From: Candidatus Symbiothrix sp.
GTDB taxonomy: Bacteria; Bacteroidota; Bacteroidia; Bacteroidales; Azobacteroidaceae
Assembly: GCA_031290435.1 (NCBI GenBank)
Contig: JAITNQ010000004.1
Span: forward strand, 442 to 64,441
Length of the DNA: 64,000 nt
Direction: 5' to 3'
Below the pieces are notes generated by a model. The model saw only the letters and a list, made by a program, of their open reading frames with translations, was not told the DNA's origin and ran no database searches. The translations under genes and the position numbers were made by a program. Of this stretch, positions 49,206 through 60,676 are shown in pieces (position 1 is the stretch's first letter; every line of letters begins with the position of its first letter).

Positions 49206-50156
49206 ATGAATGAATTACAGGCATATCACGTCCCGGTTCTTTTAGAAGAGAGCATCGATGGTCTAAATATCCGTCCCGGAGGAATCTATGTGGACGCTAC
49301 TTTCGGTGGCGGCGGTCATTCGAAAGCCATTTTGAATCGTTTGGACGGAGGCCGGTTATATGGCTTTGACCAAGACGAGGACGCCGAAAAAAACATTTTA
49401 CCGGGCGAAACATTCACCTTCATCAGAAGTAATTTCCGCTACCTTTCCAATTTCATGGATTGGCAAGGTGTGAAAGCAATAGATGGCTTATTGGCAGACT
49501 TGGGCGTTTCTTCCCATCATTTCGACGACGAAACCCGCGGGTTTTCATTCCGCTTCGAAGGCGAACTTGATATGCGGATGAACAGACGGGCGGGGAAAAC
49601 GGCGGCAGACATCCTCAATACTTACACCGAAGAAGCCCTTGCGGATATTTTTTACCTCTACGGCGAATTAAGAAATTCCCGGGCGGTAGCGAAAGCAATC
49701 GTTCGCGCCAGAAACCAAGAGGCCATCCGGACAATTCCCGAATTTTTACAGGTGATTAAGCCTTTTTTCAGTTGGGAATCACAGCGTTACCGGCCGGGAC
49801 AAAAAGAGAAAAAAAATCTGGCACAAGCTTTTCAAGCCTTGCGGATAGAAGTAAACGGGGAAATGGATGCACTCAAAGACTTGTTGCTACAGACCTTGGA
49901 TTTGTTAAAGCCGGGTGGCCGTTTGGTGGTGATTACCTACCATTCGTTGGAAGACCGTTTGGTCAAGAATTTTTTCAAGACCGGAAATTTTGAAGGAATT
50001 GTCGAAAAAGATTTTTATGGAAACGTGATAACTCCTTTTCGTACAATTAATAATAAAGTCATAATCCCTGACGGCGACGAAATTGAAAAAAATCCACGCG
50101 CAAGAAGCGCAAAACTACGAATTGTAGAAAAAAATGGAAACGCAAGAGAAAAATAA
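49206..50156 (+). CDS. rsmH: 16S rRNA m4C1402 methyltransferase
   Basis: HVPVLL, DATFGGGGHS, DLGVSS, LDMRM, FQALRIEVN, YHSLEDR, NPRARSAKLR. Confidence 0.97.
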   Translation: MNELQAYHVPVLLEESIDGLNIRPGGIYVDATFGGGGHSKAILNRLDGGRLYGFDQDEDAEKNILPGETFTFIRSNFRYLSNFMDWQGVKAIDGLLADLGVSSHHFDDETRGFSFRFEGELDMRMNRRAGKTAADILNTYTEEALADIFYLYGELRNSRAVAKAIVRARNQEAIRTIPEFLQVIKPFFSWESQRYRPGQKEKKNLAQAFQALRIEVNGEMDALKDLLLQTLDLLKPGGRLVVITYHSLEDRLVKNFFKTGNFEGIVEKDFYGNVITPFRTINNKVIIPDGDEIEKNPRARSAKLRIVEKNGNAREK

Positions 50157-50472
50157 AAAGAGAAAACGTCCGATAGGAGAAATATTGGGCGGTGGAATCC
50201 TGACGGAAAAATTTTTTGTTGCACAATCCAAATTATTGATTTTGATTGTATTCCTGATACTCCTCTTTATCAGCAATCGCTATGCGTGCATGAAAAAGTT
50301 GACGGAAATAGAAAACCTGACGACGCAATTGAAAGATATTAAATATGAGAATCTGATAATTTCCACCGAATTGATGACACACAGCCGTCAATCGCAAATC
50401 GAAGAACTGCTCAAGCAAAAAGGCATCAACCTGGCAGCATCCAAATCATCGGTTTATGAAATTCAAAAATAA
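50134..50472 (+). CDS. ftsL: FtsL-like cell division protein
   Basis: Single TM plus coiled coil, between rsmH and ftsI. Confidence 0.8.
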   Translation: METQEKNKKRKRPIGEILGGGILTEKFFVAQSKLLILIVFLILLFISNRYACMKKLTEIENLTTQLKDIKYENLIISTELMTHSRQSQIEELLKQKGINLAASKSSVYEIQK

Positions 50473-50480
50473 ATTGTGTT

Positions 50481-52685
50481 ATGGAAAAAAAGAAGCCTGT
50501 AGACAATAAAAAAATTCTCCGGAATTACTTTATCATCAGTTTGATTTTCGGACTGATAATTATCGCTATTATCGGAAGAGCAGCCACAACTTCCTTTGGC
50601 GAAGGGAAATACTGGGTCGAACTGGGGAACAAAGCCATTCGCACCAATATCTCTGTTCCCGCTACGCGAGGGAATATCTATGCCGCCAATGGCGAACTGA
50701 TGGCGACTACGGAATATACCTACCGGCTCTATATAGACTATTGGGCGGATGGCCTGAAGGCCGATACCTTGAAAAAATACGCCAGACCGCTGGCTGTTGA
50801 ACTGAATAAACTGTTGCCGCAGAAATCGGTCGCACAGTATGAAGCGAATATACTGGACGGCTTGAAATTGAAGAAAAAAGAAGAAGCGGAAGTGGAGAGA
50901 ATAGCGAAAATCAAGGGCGAAAAAAAGAAAGTTGTGAAAAAAAGCAGGGAATACGCTTTAAACACCATCTATGTCAATTACCTGCAACTCAAAGCAATAC
51001 GTAAAATGCCCTTTTTCAATCAGGGCAGCAACAAATCGGGGCTTTATACCCGCGAATTCGTCAAGCGGACAAAGCCTTACGGCACCTTGGCTTCAAGAAC
51101 TATCGGAAATATCTGGGAAGAGTCCGTCAAAGGCGGAAAATACGGTTTGGAACTGGCCTACGATTCGCTGCTTCGGGGAAAACCCGGAACAGGCACCCGG
51201 CGGCGAGTAGAAGGGCGCAACATGACGGTAGTGGATGTGAAGCCTGTTATAGGAAAAGATATTATCTCGACCATAGACGTCAATATACAAGACATAGCCG
51301 AAAAGGCGCTGCTGAATAAAATAAAAGACTTGGACGCCGAATCGGGAACGGCAGTCGTACTGGAAGTCAAGACCGGAGAGGTAAAAGCAATAACCAATCT
51401 GGGACGCATCCGGGAGGGCGTATGGGGAGAAATCGACAACTATGCGGTAACTGACCTGAGCGAACCGGGTTCCACTTTCAAAGTGGCTTCAATGATGGTC
51501 GCTTTGGAAGACGGCTTGGTGCAACCCGACGACCCTGTCGATGTGGGAAACGGCAGATTTGAATACGGAGGGGCTACGCTGCTCGACCACAACGCACACC
51601 GCGGAGGATACGGCATGATTAATGCGGCCAAAGCCATCTGGTTCTCGTCCAATATAGGCGTGGCAAAAATTATCCTGAAAAGCTACGAAAAAGACCCGGG
51701 CAAATATGTAGACGGACTTTACCGGATAGGATTCAACAAGGACTTGGCGCTCGAAATTCCCGGATACAGAACAGCCCGTATCCGTCATCCGAAAGATTCG
51801 CCGCAAACATGGTATCGCACCACCCTGCCATGGATGTCGTTCGGTTATGAAACACAAATTCCGCCGATTTATACCCTGACCTTTTTCAATGCCATCGCCA
51901 ATGATGGAAAAATGGTCAAACCTATTTTTGTGAAGGAAATACAGGAAGACGGAAAAACCAAAGAAAGGAAAAAAACAAACTTACTCAACGAACATATCTG
52001 TTCCGAAAGAACCTTGGGCTTTATCCGGGAAATGCTTGACAGCGTAGTCAACCACCCGCAAGGAACCGGAAAACCGGCGCGTTCCGAGTTGGTGCGGATT
52101 GCCGGAAAAACCGGTACGGCACAGCTATCCCATGGGGCAACCGGATATAAGGAGGGCGGCTTGAGCCACCAAGTATCTTTCTGCGGTTACTTTCCTTCGA
52201 ACAAACCCAAATATTCCTGCATCGTCGTCATCCGACGGCCAAGGCAGGGAGCCGCTTCCGGTGGAAACATGTGCGGAACGGTTTTCAAACGGATTGCCGA
52301 AGAAATTTATGTGCAAAACATCGTTTCCCAACCGGGTTCAATGCCGCAAGACAGTATCTTTTCCAAAATTCCGAAAGTGAAAAGCGGCTTGCTCGAACAT
52401 GCGAAATATGTTTTGAAAAAATTGGACATCAAATATTCCGATAAAGCCGAAGACAAATGGATGACCGCCCAACTGACAGACGAAGGTTTGGTGATGAAGG
52501 ACAGGAAAATACAGGATAACTTAGTTCCCAATGTGATAGGAATGGGAGCGAAAGACGCTGTTTACGCATTGGAAAACAGTGGCTTGAGCGTAAACCTACT
52601 GGGACGCGGGGCAGTATTCAGCCAGTCGGTAAGCCCCGGAGCGTCCGTGTCCAAGGGACAAACAATAACGATTCAACTCAAATGA
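50481..52685 (+). CDS. ftsI: Class B penicillin-binding protein (PBP3) with a PASTA domain
   Basis: RGNIY, EPGSTFK (SxxK), SSN, KTGTAQ, C-terminal VPNVIGM. Confidence 0.93.
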   Translation: MEKKKPVDNKKILRNYFIISLIFGLIIIAIIGRAATTSFGEGKYWVELGNKAIRTNISVPATRGNIYAANGELMATTEYTYRLYIDYWADGLKADTLKKYARPLAVELNKLLPQKSVAQYEANILDGLKLKKKEEAEVERIAKIKGEKKKVVKKSREYALNTIYVNYLQLKAIRKMPFFNQGSNKSGLYTREFVKRTKPYGTLASRTIGNIWEESVKGGKYGLELAYDSLLRGKPGTGTRRRVEGRNMTVVDVKPVIGKDIISTIDVNIQDIAEKALLNKIKDLDAESGTAVVLEVKTGEVKAITNLGRIREGVWGEIDNYAVTDLSEPGSTFKVASMMVALEDGLVQPDDPVDVGNGRFEYGGATLLDHNAHRGGYGMINAAKAIWFSSNIGVAKIILKSYEKDPGKYVDGLYRIGFNKDLALEIPGYRTARIRHPKDSPQTWYRTTLPWMSFGYETQIPPIYTLTFFNAIANDGKMVKPIFVKEIQEDGKTKERKKTNLLNEHICSERTLGFIREMLDSVVNHPQGTGKPARSELVRIAGKTGTAQLSHGATGYKEGGLSHQVSFCGYFPSNKPKYSCIVVIRRPRQGAASGGNMCGTVFKRIAEEIYVQNIVSQPGSMPQDSIFSKIPKVKSGLLEHAKYVLKKLDIKYSDKAEDKWMTAQLTDEGLVMKDRKIQDNLVPNVIGMGAKDAVYALENSGLSVNLLGRGAVFSQSVSPGASVSKGQTITIQLK

Positions 52686-52693
52686 TTTGCAAT

Positions 52694-54151
52694 ATGGAAC
52701 TCAAGAAACTCATCAGTAAGGTAAATGTTGCGGAAACAAACGGTAATCCGGAAATTTCCGTGGAAGGATTTCATTCCGATTCACGAAAAGTGAAACCGGG
52801 CTTTCTGTTTATCGCCGTCCCCGGAACACAGTCGGATGGACATATATTCATCGGCAAAGCAATTGAAAACGGGGCGATTGCCGTTGTTTGCCAAGTCTTT
52901 CCGGAAATCCGGCAAGATGGAATTACTTACATCAAAGTAGCTGACAGCGCCGAAGCTTTAGGCCGGATTGCATCGGCATGGTACGGCGAACCTTCCGGGC
53001 AATTGATACTGGTCGGCGTTACCGGCACCAACGGGAAAACGACTATTGCCACCTTGCTGTACCATCTTTTCCGGAAGTTAGGTTACAAAACCGGTCTGCT
53101 TTCGACGGTTTGCAACTATGTGAACGAAAAAACGGCGCCGGCTACTCACACCACGCCGGATGCGATTGAGTTAAATGCGCTTTTGGCGGAGATGGTCGAA
53201 GCGGGCTGCGATTACGCTTTCATGGAGGTAAGTTCTCACGCGGTAGACCAGAAAAGAATCGCCGGTCTGCAATTCAAAGGGGGAATTTTTACCAACCTGA
53301 CCCGCGACCATTTGGATTATCACAATACTTTCGACGCTTACCGCGATGCTAAAAAAGCCTTTTTCGACCGACTTCCGGCGGGGGCATTTGCATTGACCAA
53401 CAAAGACGATAAAAATGGAACTTTCATGCTCCAAAATACGAAAGCCAATCAACAAACCTATTCTTTGTTGTCTTTGGCTGATTTCAAGGGGAAAATCTTC
53501 GAATCGCATTTCGATGGGACAATAATGAGTATCAACGGGAAAGAAGTCGCCACACAGTTTGTGGGAAAATTCAACGCCTACAATCTTCTGGCGGTTTACG
53601 GCGCAAGCGTTCTGCTGGGACAAAAACCCGACGAGGTTTTGGTCTTGCTCAGTACCCTTCAATCCGTTTCCGGCCGCTTTCAGACTTTTCGCTCACCCGA
53701 AAGTTATACGGCCATTGTCGATTATGCACACACGCCCGATGCGCTGACCAATGTCCTGAACGCAATACGGGAAGTCTTGGACAACAAGGGAAATATCATT
53801 ACCGTAGTCGGTTGCGGCGGAAACCGGGACAAGGGAAAACGGCCGATTATGGCAAAAGAGGCAGCCCGCCTGAGTGATTATGTGATTCTTACCTCCGATA
53901 ATCCCCGGTTTGAAGAGCCTGATGATATTATCAGGGATATGGCTGAAGGCATGGCGGATGTAGACAACAAGAAATGGCTGAAAATCACCGACCGTAAAGA
54001 AGCCATCCGCACGGCTTGTCTGCTGGCGCAAACCGGCGACGTCATCCTGATTGCCGGGAAAGGGCACGAAGACTATCAGGAAGTGAAGGGGGTGAAACAT
54101 CATTTCGACGACAGGGAAATAGTATTGGAAATTATGAATTATGAATTATAA
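52694..54151 (+). CDS. murE: UDP-MurNAc-dipeptide--meso-DAP ligase
   Basis: [44 protein letters not shown]; alternative start 52682. Confidence 0.96.
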   Translation: MELKKLISKVNVAETNGNPEISVEGFHSDSRKVKPGFLFIAVPGTQSDGHIFIGKAIENGAIAVVCQVFPEIRQDGITYIKVADSAEALGRIASAWYGEPSGQLILVGVTGTNGKTTIATLLYHLFRKLGYKTGLLSTVCNYVNEKTAPATHTTPDAIELNALLAEMVEAGCDYAFMEVSSHAVDQKRIAGLQFKGGIFTNLTRDHLDYHNTFDAYRDAKKAFFDRLPAGAFALTNKDDKNGTFMLQNTKANQQTYSLLSLADFKGKIFESHFDGTIMSINGKEVATQFVGKFNAYNLLAVYGASVLLGQKPDEVLVLLSTLQSVSGRFQTFRSPESYTAIVDYAHTPDALTNVLNAIREVLDNKGNIITVVGCGGNRDKGKRPIMAKEAARLSDYVILTSDNPRFEEPDDIIRDMAEGMADVDNKKWLKITDRKEAIRTACLLAQTGDVILIAGKGHEDYQEVKGVKHHFDDREIVLEIMNYEL

Positions 54152-54157
54152 ATTATG
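54130..54157 (+). repeat. 7-nt tandem repeat (AATTATR)x4 spanning the murE stop and mraY start
   Basis: AATTATG AATTATG AATTATA AATTATG. Confidence 0.8.
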
Positions 54158-55411
54158 TTATATTATTTGTTCAATTACCTTGATAAATTAGATTTTCCCG
54201 GAGCCGGAATGTTTCATTACATCTCGTTCCGGTCGGCAATGGCATTGATTTTTTCCTTGGTGATTTCCACGATTATCGGCCGCCGGATTATCGAAAAACT
54301 GCAAAAGATGCAAATCGGGGAAACCGTCCGCGATTTGGGTTTGGAAGGTCAGATGAAGAAAATCGGAACCCCTACGATGGGAGGAATCATTATCATTATT
54401 GCCATTCTTATTCCGGTTTTGCTGTTCGCCAAATTGACCAATGTTTATATTATCCTGATGCTGATTACGACAATCTGGTTGGGGTGCATCGGTTTTCTGG
54501 ACGATTACATCAAGGTATTCCGGAAAAACAAGGATGGTTTGAAGGGGAAATTCAAAATTGTGGGACAGGTAGGATTAGGTCTGATTGTCGGATTAACCGT
54601 TTACCTGAGTCCGGGCGCTGTGATGCGTGAGAATGTGGAAATCAGAGACCATGACGTGATCACGGATATTGTGTACAGTCCGGAAGTGAAATCGACACAG
54701 ACCACCATTCCTTTTTTCAAGAACAATAACTTGGATTATCGCAGTTTGGTTGCTTTTATGCCGAGTCACCGGACGGCAGCCACATGGATTGTTTTCGTGA
54801 TTGTCGCCATTTTCATTGTAACGGCGGTATCCAACGGCGCCAATCTCACCGATGGCTTAGATGGTCTGGCAGCCGGAAGTTCAGCTATTATAGGCGTTTC
54901 GTTAGGAATATTGGCTTATGTGTCAAGTAATCTCAAATATGCGGCATACCTGAACATCATGTATATTCCCGGATGCGAAGAGTTGGCCATATTTGCGAGC
55001 GCTTTTATCGGCGCCACCATCGGCTTTCTTTGGTACAATGCTTTTCCTGCCCAGGTTTTTATGGGAGATACCGGTTCACTTACTTTGGGCGGTATCATCG
55101 CCGTATTTGCAATTATCATACATAAAGAATTGTTATTACCTATTTTATGTGGCGTCTTCCTGGCAGAAAGCCTTTCGGTCATGATGCAGGTTTCGTATTT
55201 CAAATTTACCAAGAAGAAATATGGGGCGGGAAAACGCATCTTTAAGATGACGCCTTTGCACCACCATTTTCAGAAGCCGGGACATGCGGGGATAGAAGCG
55301 TTGATTCAGAAGCCCTTGATGCCGGTTCCGGAGTCAAAAATCGTTGTCCGCTTCTGGTTGATCGGAATTATTTTAGCAGCTTTGGCGATTGCAACATTGA
55401 AAATGCGATAA
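54155..55411 (+). CDS. mraY: Phospho-MurNAc-pentapeptide transferase
   Basis: [39 protein letters not shown]. Confidence 0.97.
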   Translation: MLYYLFNYLDKLDFPGAGMFHYISFRSAMALIFSLVISTIIGRRIIEKLQKMQIGETVRDLGLEGQMKKIGTPTMGGIIIIIAILIPVLLFAKLTNVYIILMLITTIWLGCIGFLDDYIKVFRKNKDGLKGKFKIVGQVGLGLIVGLTVYLSPGAVMRENVEIRDHDVITDIVYSPEVKSTQTTIPFFKNNNLDYRSLVAFMPSHRTAATWIVFVIVAIFIVTAVSNGANLTDGLDGLAAGSSAIIGVSLGILAYVSSNLKYAAYLNIMYIPGCEELAIFASAFIGATIGFLWYNAFPAQVFMGDTGSLTLGGIIAVFAIIIHKELLLPILCGVFLAESLSVMMQVSYFKFTKKKYGAGKRIFKMTPLHHHFQKPGHAGIEALIQKPLMPVPESKIVVRFWLIGIILAALAIATLKMR

Positions 55412-55422
55412 AAAATTATAGA

Positions 55423-56772
55423 ATGAAAGTTGAACAAACCTATCGTATCGTTATCCTCGGCGCCGGTGAAAGCGGCGTCGGCGCCGCAGTCCTTGCTAAA
55501 AAACAGGGTTTTGACGTCTTCGTTTCGGACAGCGCGTCTATAAAAGAGAAATATAAGAAAATTTTGGCAGATTACCAAATTTTTTACGAAGAAAATCAAC
55601 ATTCGGAGGAAAAAATCCTGAATGCCGGTGAAATTGTAAAAAGTCCGGGCATCCCCGACAAGATTGCCATCATCCAAAAGATAAAGGAAAAACACATCCC
55701 TGTTATTTCCGAAATCGAATTTGCCGGACGGTACACAAAGGCCAAAAAAATTTGCATCACCGGAAGCAACGGCAAGACAACGACTACCATGCTGACTTAT
55801 CACATCCTGAAAAATGCCGGATTGAATGTGGGTCTGGCCGGAAATGTAGGCAATAGTTTTGCCTTGCAAGTAGCGGAACATGATTTTGATTACTATGTGA
55901 TTGAATTGAGCAGCTTCCAATTGGACGGCATGTACGATTTCAAGGCGGATATTGCCGTTTTGTTGAATATCACACCCGACCATTTAGACCGGTATAACTA
56001 CGAGATGCAGCATTATGTCGATGCCAAGTTGCGGATTATACGAAACCAGACGGTAGCCGATGCATTCATTTTTTGGAACGATGATCCTCTTATCAGGAAA
56101 GAAGTCGCCCGATTGCATCCGCAGGCCGGATTATATCCTTTCGCCCGGACAAAGGGAGAGGGGGCGCTTGCTTATACGGAAAATAAACAAATAAGAATAG
56201 AAACACTCAATGGTATTTTTATTATGGAAGAAGAATTAGTAGCGTTGACAGGTACGCATAACCTTTACAATTCTTTGGCCGCAGGAATTGCAGCCAAATT
56301 ATTGGATATCAAGAATGAAGACATCAGGACTTCACTCAGTGACTTCAAAGGGGTAGAACACCGCTTGGAAAAAGTAGCTCACGTGAGAGGCGTAGCCTAT
56401 ATCAACGATTCGAAAGCGACGAATGTCAATTCAACCTGGTATGCTTTGCAAAGTATGAAGACACCGGTAGTCCTTATTGTGGGCGGGACCGACAAAGGAA
56501 ACGATTACAGGGAAATTGAAGATTTGGTAAAAAACAAATGCCGCGCTTTGATTTTCTTAGGCTTGGATAATACCAAACTGCACGCATTTTTTGACGGGGA
56601 AACCGTTCGGACAACCGATGCCCGTTCGATGGGAGAAGCGGTCTCACAGGCATACGAAATAGCGGAGAAAGGAGATACGGTACTGTTATCGCCTTGCTGC
56701 GCCAGTTTCGATCTGTTTGAGAATTACGAAGACAGAGGCCGACAGTTTAAAGACTGTGTCAGAAAATTATAA
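55423..56772 (+). CDS. murD: UDP-MurNAc-L-Ala--D-Glu ligase
   Basis: LGAGESG, ITGSNGKTT, ELSSFQL, NITPDHLDRY, NDSKATN, LSPCCASFD. Confidence 0.97.
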   Translation: MKVEQTYRIVILGAGESGVGAAVLAKKQGFDVFVSDSASIKEKYKKILADYQIFYEENQHSEEKILNAGEIVKSPGIPDKIAIIQKIKEKHIPVISEIEFAGRYTKAKKICITGSNGKTTTTMLTYHILKNAGLNVGLAGNVGNSFALQVAEHDFDYYVIELSSFQLDGMYDFKADIAVLLNITPDHLDRYNYEMQHYVDAKLRIIRNQTVADAFIFWNDDPLIRKEVARLHPQAGLYPFARTKGEGALAYTENKQIRIETLNGIFIMEEELVALTGTHNLYNSLAAGIAAKLLDIKNEDIRTSLSDFKGVEHRLEKVAHVRGVAYINDSKATNVNSTWYALQSMKTPVVLIVGGTDKGNDYREIEDLVKNKCRALIFLGLDNTKLHAFFDGETVRTTDARSMGEAVSQAYEIAEKGDTVLLSPCCASFDLFENYEDRGRQFKDCVRKL

Positions 56773-56807
56773 TTTTAAAATTCAAATTTTCAGTTTTTAG
56801 TTTTTAG
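56766..56807 (+). repeat. Degenerate 7-nt tandem repeat between murD and ftsW
   Basis: ATTATAA TTTTAAA ATTCAAA TTTTCAG TTTTTAG TTTTTAG. Confidence 0.55.
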
Positions 56808-56815
56808 TTAATTTT

Positions 56816-58063
56816 ATGGATTTTCTAAATAAAATTTTCAGAGGAGACAGGGTAATCTGGATGATATTTGCATTCCTGTTTACAGTTTCTGTTATTGAGG
56901 TTTACAGCGCCTCCAGCACGCTGACTTTCAGAACGGATTACTGGCGGCCGATAATGGAGCACACGTTGTTTCTGTTGGCGGGATTAGGTATCGTTTTATT
57001 GGTGCACAGTTTTAAGCCCAAATATTTTTCACTTTTTGCGGTTGCACTTCCTTTTACCTGGTTTCTGTTGATTGCCACCCGGCTTTTCGGAACGGAAGTC
57101 AACGGTGCGTTTCGCCGATTCTTGGGTTTTCAGCCATCGGAAATGGCCAAATTGTGCCTGATTACCTGTGTGGCGTTTATCCTGAGTCGGCGAAAGGACG
57201 AATCATCGGAAGGCGGCGCTTTCAAATGGATTTGCGTGTTTACTGTTATAACCTGCGCATTGATATTTTTTGATAATTTTTCTACTGCCGTATTACTCTA
57301 TGGAATCGTCATTTTCATGCTGTTTATCGGACAAATCTCAATAAAAAAAATCGGCCTTTTGTCGCTGGCAACAGTAATTGTACTCGCATTGGTATTGGCA
57401 ATCAGTTTTAAATTTCCGGATGCGGTAAAAAACACACCGCTCAAACGAGCTTCTACATGGACTGCTCGTTTAAGTGATTACAAGGAAAAAGAGGATATCA
57501 AAAGTGGAAATTATGTGATAGACGATGATAATTATCAGGTATCTCATGCAAAAATAGCCTTGGCCAGGGGAGGTATATTCGGCCGGATGCCGGGAAACAG
57601 CAGGCAAAGAGACTATCTTCCGCAAGCTTACTCCGATTTTATCTTTGCAATTATCATTGAGGAGTTGGGTTTGGTCGGCGGAATAGCCGTCTTGGCTTTA
57701 TATGTGTTTTTGTTTATCCGGGCAGGCATTATCGCGGGGCGATGTACGAAGTTGTTTCCAAAATTGTTGGTGATGGGTAGCGCCCTGATGTTGGTGACCC
57801 AGGCATTAGCGAATATTGCTGTGGCGGTCGACCTGATACCGGTCACCGGTCAGCCTTTGCCCTTGGTGAGCCGCGGTGGAACTTCCATCCTGATTACCTG
57901 CGCCTTCTTTGGCATTATTCTGAGTGTCAGTCGTTATGAAAATCCGAAAGGCATTTTGCGGGAAGAGACAATCGCTGAAGAAATGGAAGCGGAAAAACAG
58001 GCTGTCGAAGCGGTAGAAAATTGGTCCGGAGAAGAAACGGGACTTATTGCCGATACATATTGA
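56816..58063 (+). CDS. ftsW: SEDS family peptidoglycan polymerase
   Basis: FQPSEMAK, LPQAYSDFIFAIIIEELG, PVTGQPLPLVSRGGTS; dcw position. Confidence 0.93.
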   Translation: MDFLNKIFRGDRVIWMIFAFLFTVSVIEVYSASSTLTFRTDYWRPIMEHTLFLLAGLGIVLLVHSFKPKYFSLFAVALPFTWFLLIATRLFGTEVNGAFRRFLGFQPSEMAKLCLITCVAFILSRRKDESSEGGAFKWICVFTVITCALIFFDNFSTAVLLYGIVIFMLFIGQISIKKIGLLSLATVIVLALVLAISFKFPDAVKNTPLKRASTWTARLSDYKEKEDIKSGNYVIDDDNYQVSHAKIALARGGIFGRMPGNSRQRDYLPQAYSDFIFAIIIEELGLVGGIAVLALYVFLFIRAGIIAGRCTKLFPKLLVMGSALMLVTQALANIAVAVDLIPVTGQPLPLVSRGGTSILITCAFFGIILSVSRYENPKGILREETIAEEMEAEKQAVEAVENWSGEETGLIADTY

Positions 58064-58083
58064 ATTTCAAATATATACACGAT

Positions 58084-59184
58084 ATGCAACAGTTAAAGGT
58101 AATCATCAGCGGAGGGGGTACGGGAGGACATATTTTCCCGGCTATTTCTATTGCCAATGCCATTAAGGCAAGGCGCCGGGAGGCTGAAATCCTGTTTGTG
58201 GGCGCAGAGAACCGGATGGAGATGGAACGTGTTCCCGCTGCCGGTTATCCGATTATCGGATTGCCGGTAGCAGGCTTAGATCGCAAAAATCTCCTGAGAA
58301 ATATCGGTGTACTTTTCAAGCTAAGTAAAAGTATGCGTCTGGCACGGAAAACCCTGAAGGATTTCAAGCCGGATGTTGTGATTGGCGTGGGCGGTTATGC
58401 CAGCGGGCCTACCCTGAAAGCCGCCAACCAAATGGGTATTCCCACTTTGCTACAGGAGCAGAACTCTTTTGCAGGGGTAACCAATAAACTGCTGGCAAAA
58501 AAGGCTGCGAAAATCTGTGTCGCTTATGAAGGTATGGAGCGGTTTTTTCCGAAGGAAAGCCTTGTGCTGACCGGTAATCCGGTTCGTGCGGATTTAGTGT
58601 GTACGGAAGAAAAACGCAGGGAAGGTTCTGATTTTTTTAATCTCGACCCGGAAAAGAAAACCATTTTAGTGGTAGGCGGAAGCCTTGGCGCCCGGACAAT
58701 TAACGAAAGCCTGCTCGCTTCCTTGAAAATGATTCAGGAAAGTGATGTGCAATTTATTTGGCAAACAGGAAAATACTATTACCGGGAGATTGCGGATCAA
58801 TCCCCTGTAAAAGCAAAAAATATCTACATCACGGAATTCATTTCCCGGATGGATTTGGCTTATTCCGTTGCCGATCTGATTATTTCAAGGGCAGGAGCCG
58901 GTTCGATTTCGGAATTTTGCATCCTGGGTAAACCGGTGATACTGGTTCCTTCTCCTAATGTAGCGGAAGACCACCAGACGAAAAACGCCCTGGCTTTGGT
59001 GCAAAAGGATGCAGCCGTATCAATTCCGGATAAGGAGGCTGCAAAAGAGTTGGTACCCATGGCTTTGAATTTGATTCGCAACGAGGAACGTCTCCGGGAG
59101 TTGAGCGGGAATATACTGAAAATGGCTTTGCCGGATGCGGCTGATAAAATTGTTGATGAAATTGAGAGAATAATTAAAAAATGA
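58084..59184 (+). CDS. murG: Lipid II GlcNAc transferase
   Basis: SGGGTGGHIFP, GGYASGP, EQNS, GNPVR, GGSLGA, SRAGA, HQTKNA; likely ATG at 58084. Confidence 0.97.
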   Translation: MQQLKVIISGGGTGGHIFPAISIANAIKARRREAEILFVGAENRMEMERVPAAGYPIIGLPVAGLDRKNLLRNIGVLFKLSKSMRLARKTLKDFKPDVVIGVGGYASGPTLKAANQMGIPTLLQEQNSFAGVTNKLLAKKAAKICVAYEGMERFFPKESLVLTGNPVRADLVCTEEKRREGSDFFNLDPEKKTILVVGGSLGARTINESLLASLKMIQESDVQFIWQTGKYYYREIADQSPVKAKNIYITEFISRMDLAYSVADLIISRAGAGSISEFCILGKPVILVPSPNVAEDHQTKNALALVQKDAAVSIPDKEAAKELVPMALNLIRNEERLRELSGNILKMALPDAADKIVDEIERIIKK

Positions 59185-59221
59185 AGACTGAAAAATGAAG
59201 AATGAAGAATTTAAGATGAAA
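59180..59221 (+). repeat. 7-nt tandem repeat (AATGAAG-like) spanning the murG stop and murC start
   Basis: AATGAAG ACTGAAA AATGAAG AATGAAG AATTTAA GATGAAA. Confidence 0.7.
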
Positions 59222-60664
59222 AGTTGGGATTATATATATTTTATTGGTGCGGGTGGTATCGGCATGAGCGCTTTGGTGCGTTATTTTCTATCCAAAGGGA
59301 AGAAAGTAGCCGGATATGACCGGGTGGAATCGGAATTAACAAGATTGTTAAATACAGAAGGAGCTGAAATTCATTATGAGGACAATATAGACCTGATTCC
59401 TCCGGCATTTAAGGACAAGGAACATACTTTGGTCGTGCTGACTCCGGCAGTTCCAAACGACCATTCCGAATGGGTCTATTTCTGCGATAACGGATTTGAA
59501 ATACACAAAAGGGCGCAGGTGTTGGGCGAAATCACCCAAACAAACCGAGGGCTGTGTGTTGCCGGAACACATGGAAAAACGACCACATCAAGCATGATCG
59601 CCCATTTGCTGAAACAGTCGGCCGTGGATTGCAATGCCTTCCTCGGAGGTATTCTGAAAAATTACGACAGTAATCTTTTGTTGTCCGATAAAAGTGACCT
59701 GACGGTGATTGAAGCCGATGAATACGACCGTTCATTTCATTGGTTGACTCCCTATATGGCCGTGATTACATCGGTGGCGCCCGACCATTTGGATATTTAC
59801 GGGACACCCGAAGCTTACCGGGAAAGTTTCCGGTATTTCACCTCTTTGATTCGGGAAAACGGCGTTTTGCTGATGGAAGCCGGTGTAGCTATCCAACCGG
59901 AATTGCAGAAAGGCGTGAAACTTTATCGTTACGCGCATGGGACTGAGGGGCATACCCTAAAGGGCACAGGCGTCCGCAATGAAACAGCCGCATCCTCCTC
60001 CTTGGGAGCCGGTCGGGGTGAGGTAGATTTCCAAGCCGAAAATATCCGCATCGGCAAGGGAGAAATTTACTTCGATTTTGTTACGCCCGAAAAGACCATT
60101 CGCGACATTCATTTGGGCGTACCCGTGAAAATCAATATTGTAAACAGCGTGGCGGCTATGGCAATCGCTTACCTGAACGGTGTTTCGGAGGAAGAGTTGC
60201 GCACGGGAATGGCTTCTTTCCAAGGGGCAAAACGGCGTTTCGATTTCCATATCAAACGGGACGATTTGGTTTTGGTGGACGATTATGCGCATCACCCGGA
60301 AGAATTGGCGGCAAGCATCTCTTCCGTCAAAGAATTGTACCCTGATAAAAAGTTGACTGTTGTCTTTCAACCCCATCTTTATTCCCGTACCAAAGACTTT
60401 TACAAGGAGTTTGCCGAATCCCTTTCATTGGCCGACGAAGTGATACTGATTCCGATTTATCCGGCGCGGGAAACGCCTATTCCGGGTGTTTCTTCGCAGA
60501 TGATTCTTGATTTGCTGACTATTCCGGAGAAACATTTGTACACCAAAGCGGAATTGTTGGAAAAAATCGGGGATGGGCGGCGCGAAGTCATACTGATTGC
60601 AGGTGCGGGAGATATTGAACTGTTGGTAACGCCTGTTAAGGAAATATTGTTAAAGCAACAATAA
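59195..60664 (+). CDS. murC: UDP-MurNAc--L-alanine ligase, with an in-frame insertion
   Basis: IGAGGIGMS, AGTHGKTTT, EADEYDRSF, DHLD, DDYAHHP, FQPHLYSRT; alternative start 59216. Confidence 0.97.
   Translation: MKNEEFKMKSWDYIYFIGAGGIGMSALVRYFLSKGKKVAGYDRVESELTRLLNTEGAEIHYEDNIDLIPPAFKDKEHTLVVLTPAVPNDHSEWVYFCDNGFEIHKRAQVLGEITQTNRGLCVAGTHGKTTTSSMIAHLLKQSAVDCNAFLGGILKNYDSNLLLSDKSDLTVIEADEYDRSFHWLTPYMAVITSVAPDHLDIYGTPEAYRESFRYFTSLIRENGVLLMEAGVAIQPELQKGVKLYRYAHGTEGHTLKGTGVRNETAASSSLGAGRGEVDFQAENIRIGKGEIYFDFVTPEKTIRDIHLGVPVKINIVNSVAAMAIAYLNGVSEEELRTGMASFQGAKRRFDFHIKRDDLVLVDDYAHHPEELAASISSVKELYPDKKLTVVFQPHLYSRTKDFYKEFAESLSLADEVILIPIYPARETPIPGVSSQMILDLLTIPEKHLYTKAELLEKIGDGRREVILIAGAGDIELLVTPVKEILLKQQ
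59994..60025 (-). repeat. Degenerate copy of the 33394 palindromic element inside murC
   Basis: Reverse complement TACCTCACCCCGACCGGCTCCCAAGGAGGAGG aligns by eye to TACCTCTCCACCGGCCCCTCTCCACATGGGGAGGAGAGG. Confidence 0.6.
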
Positions 60665-60676
60665 AAAGTACACATC

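Noticed and set aside
56138-56166. GGGAGAGGGGG runs in murD, and similarly in ftsZ near 63553, as more repeat copies
   Set aside because: They encode ordinary G-E-G residues with no apparent length insertion and no good complementary arm
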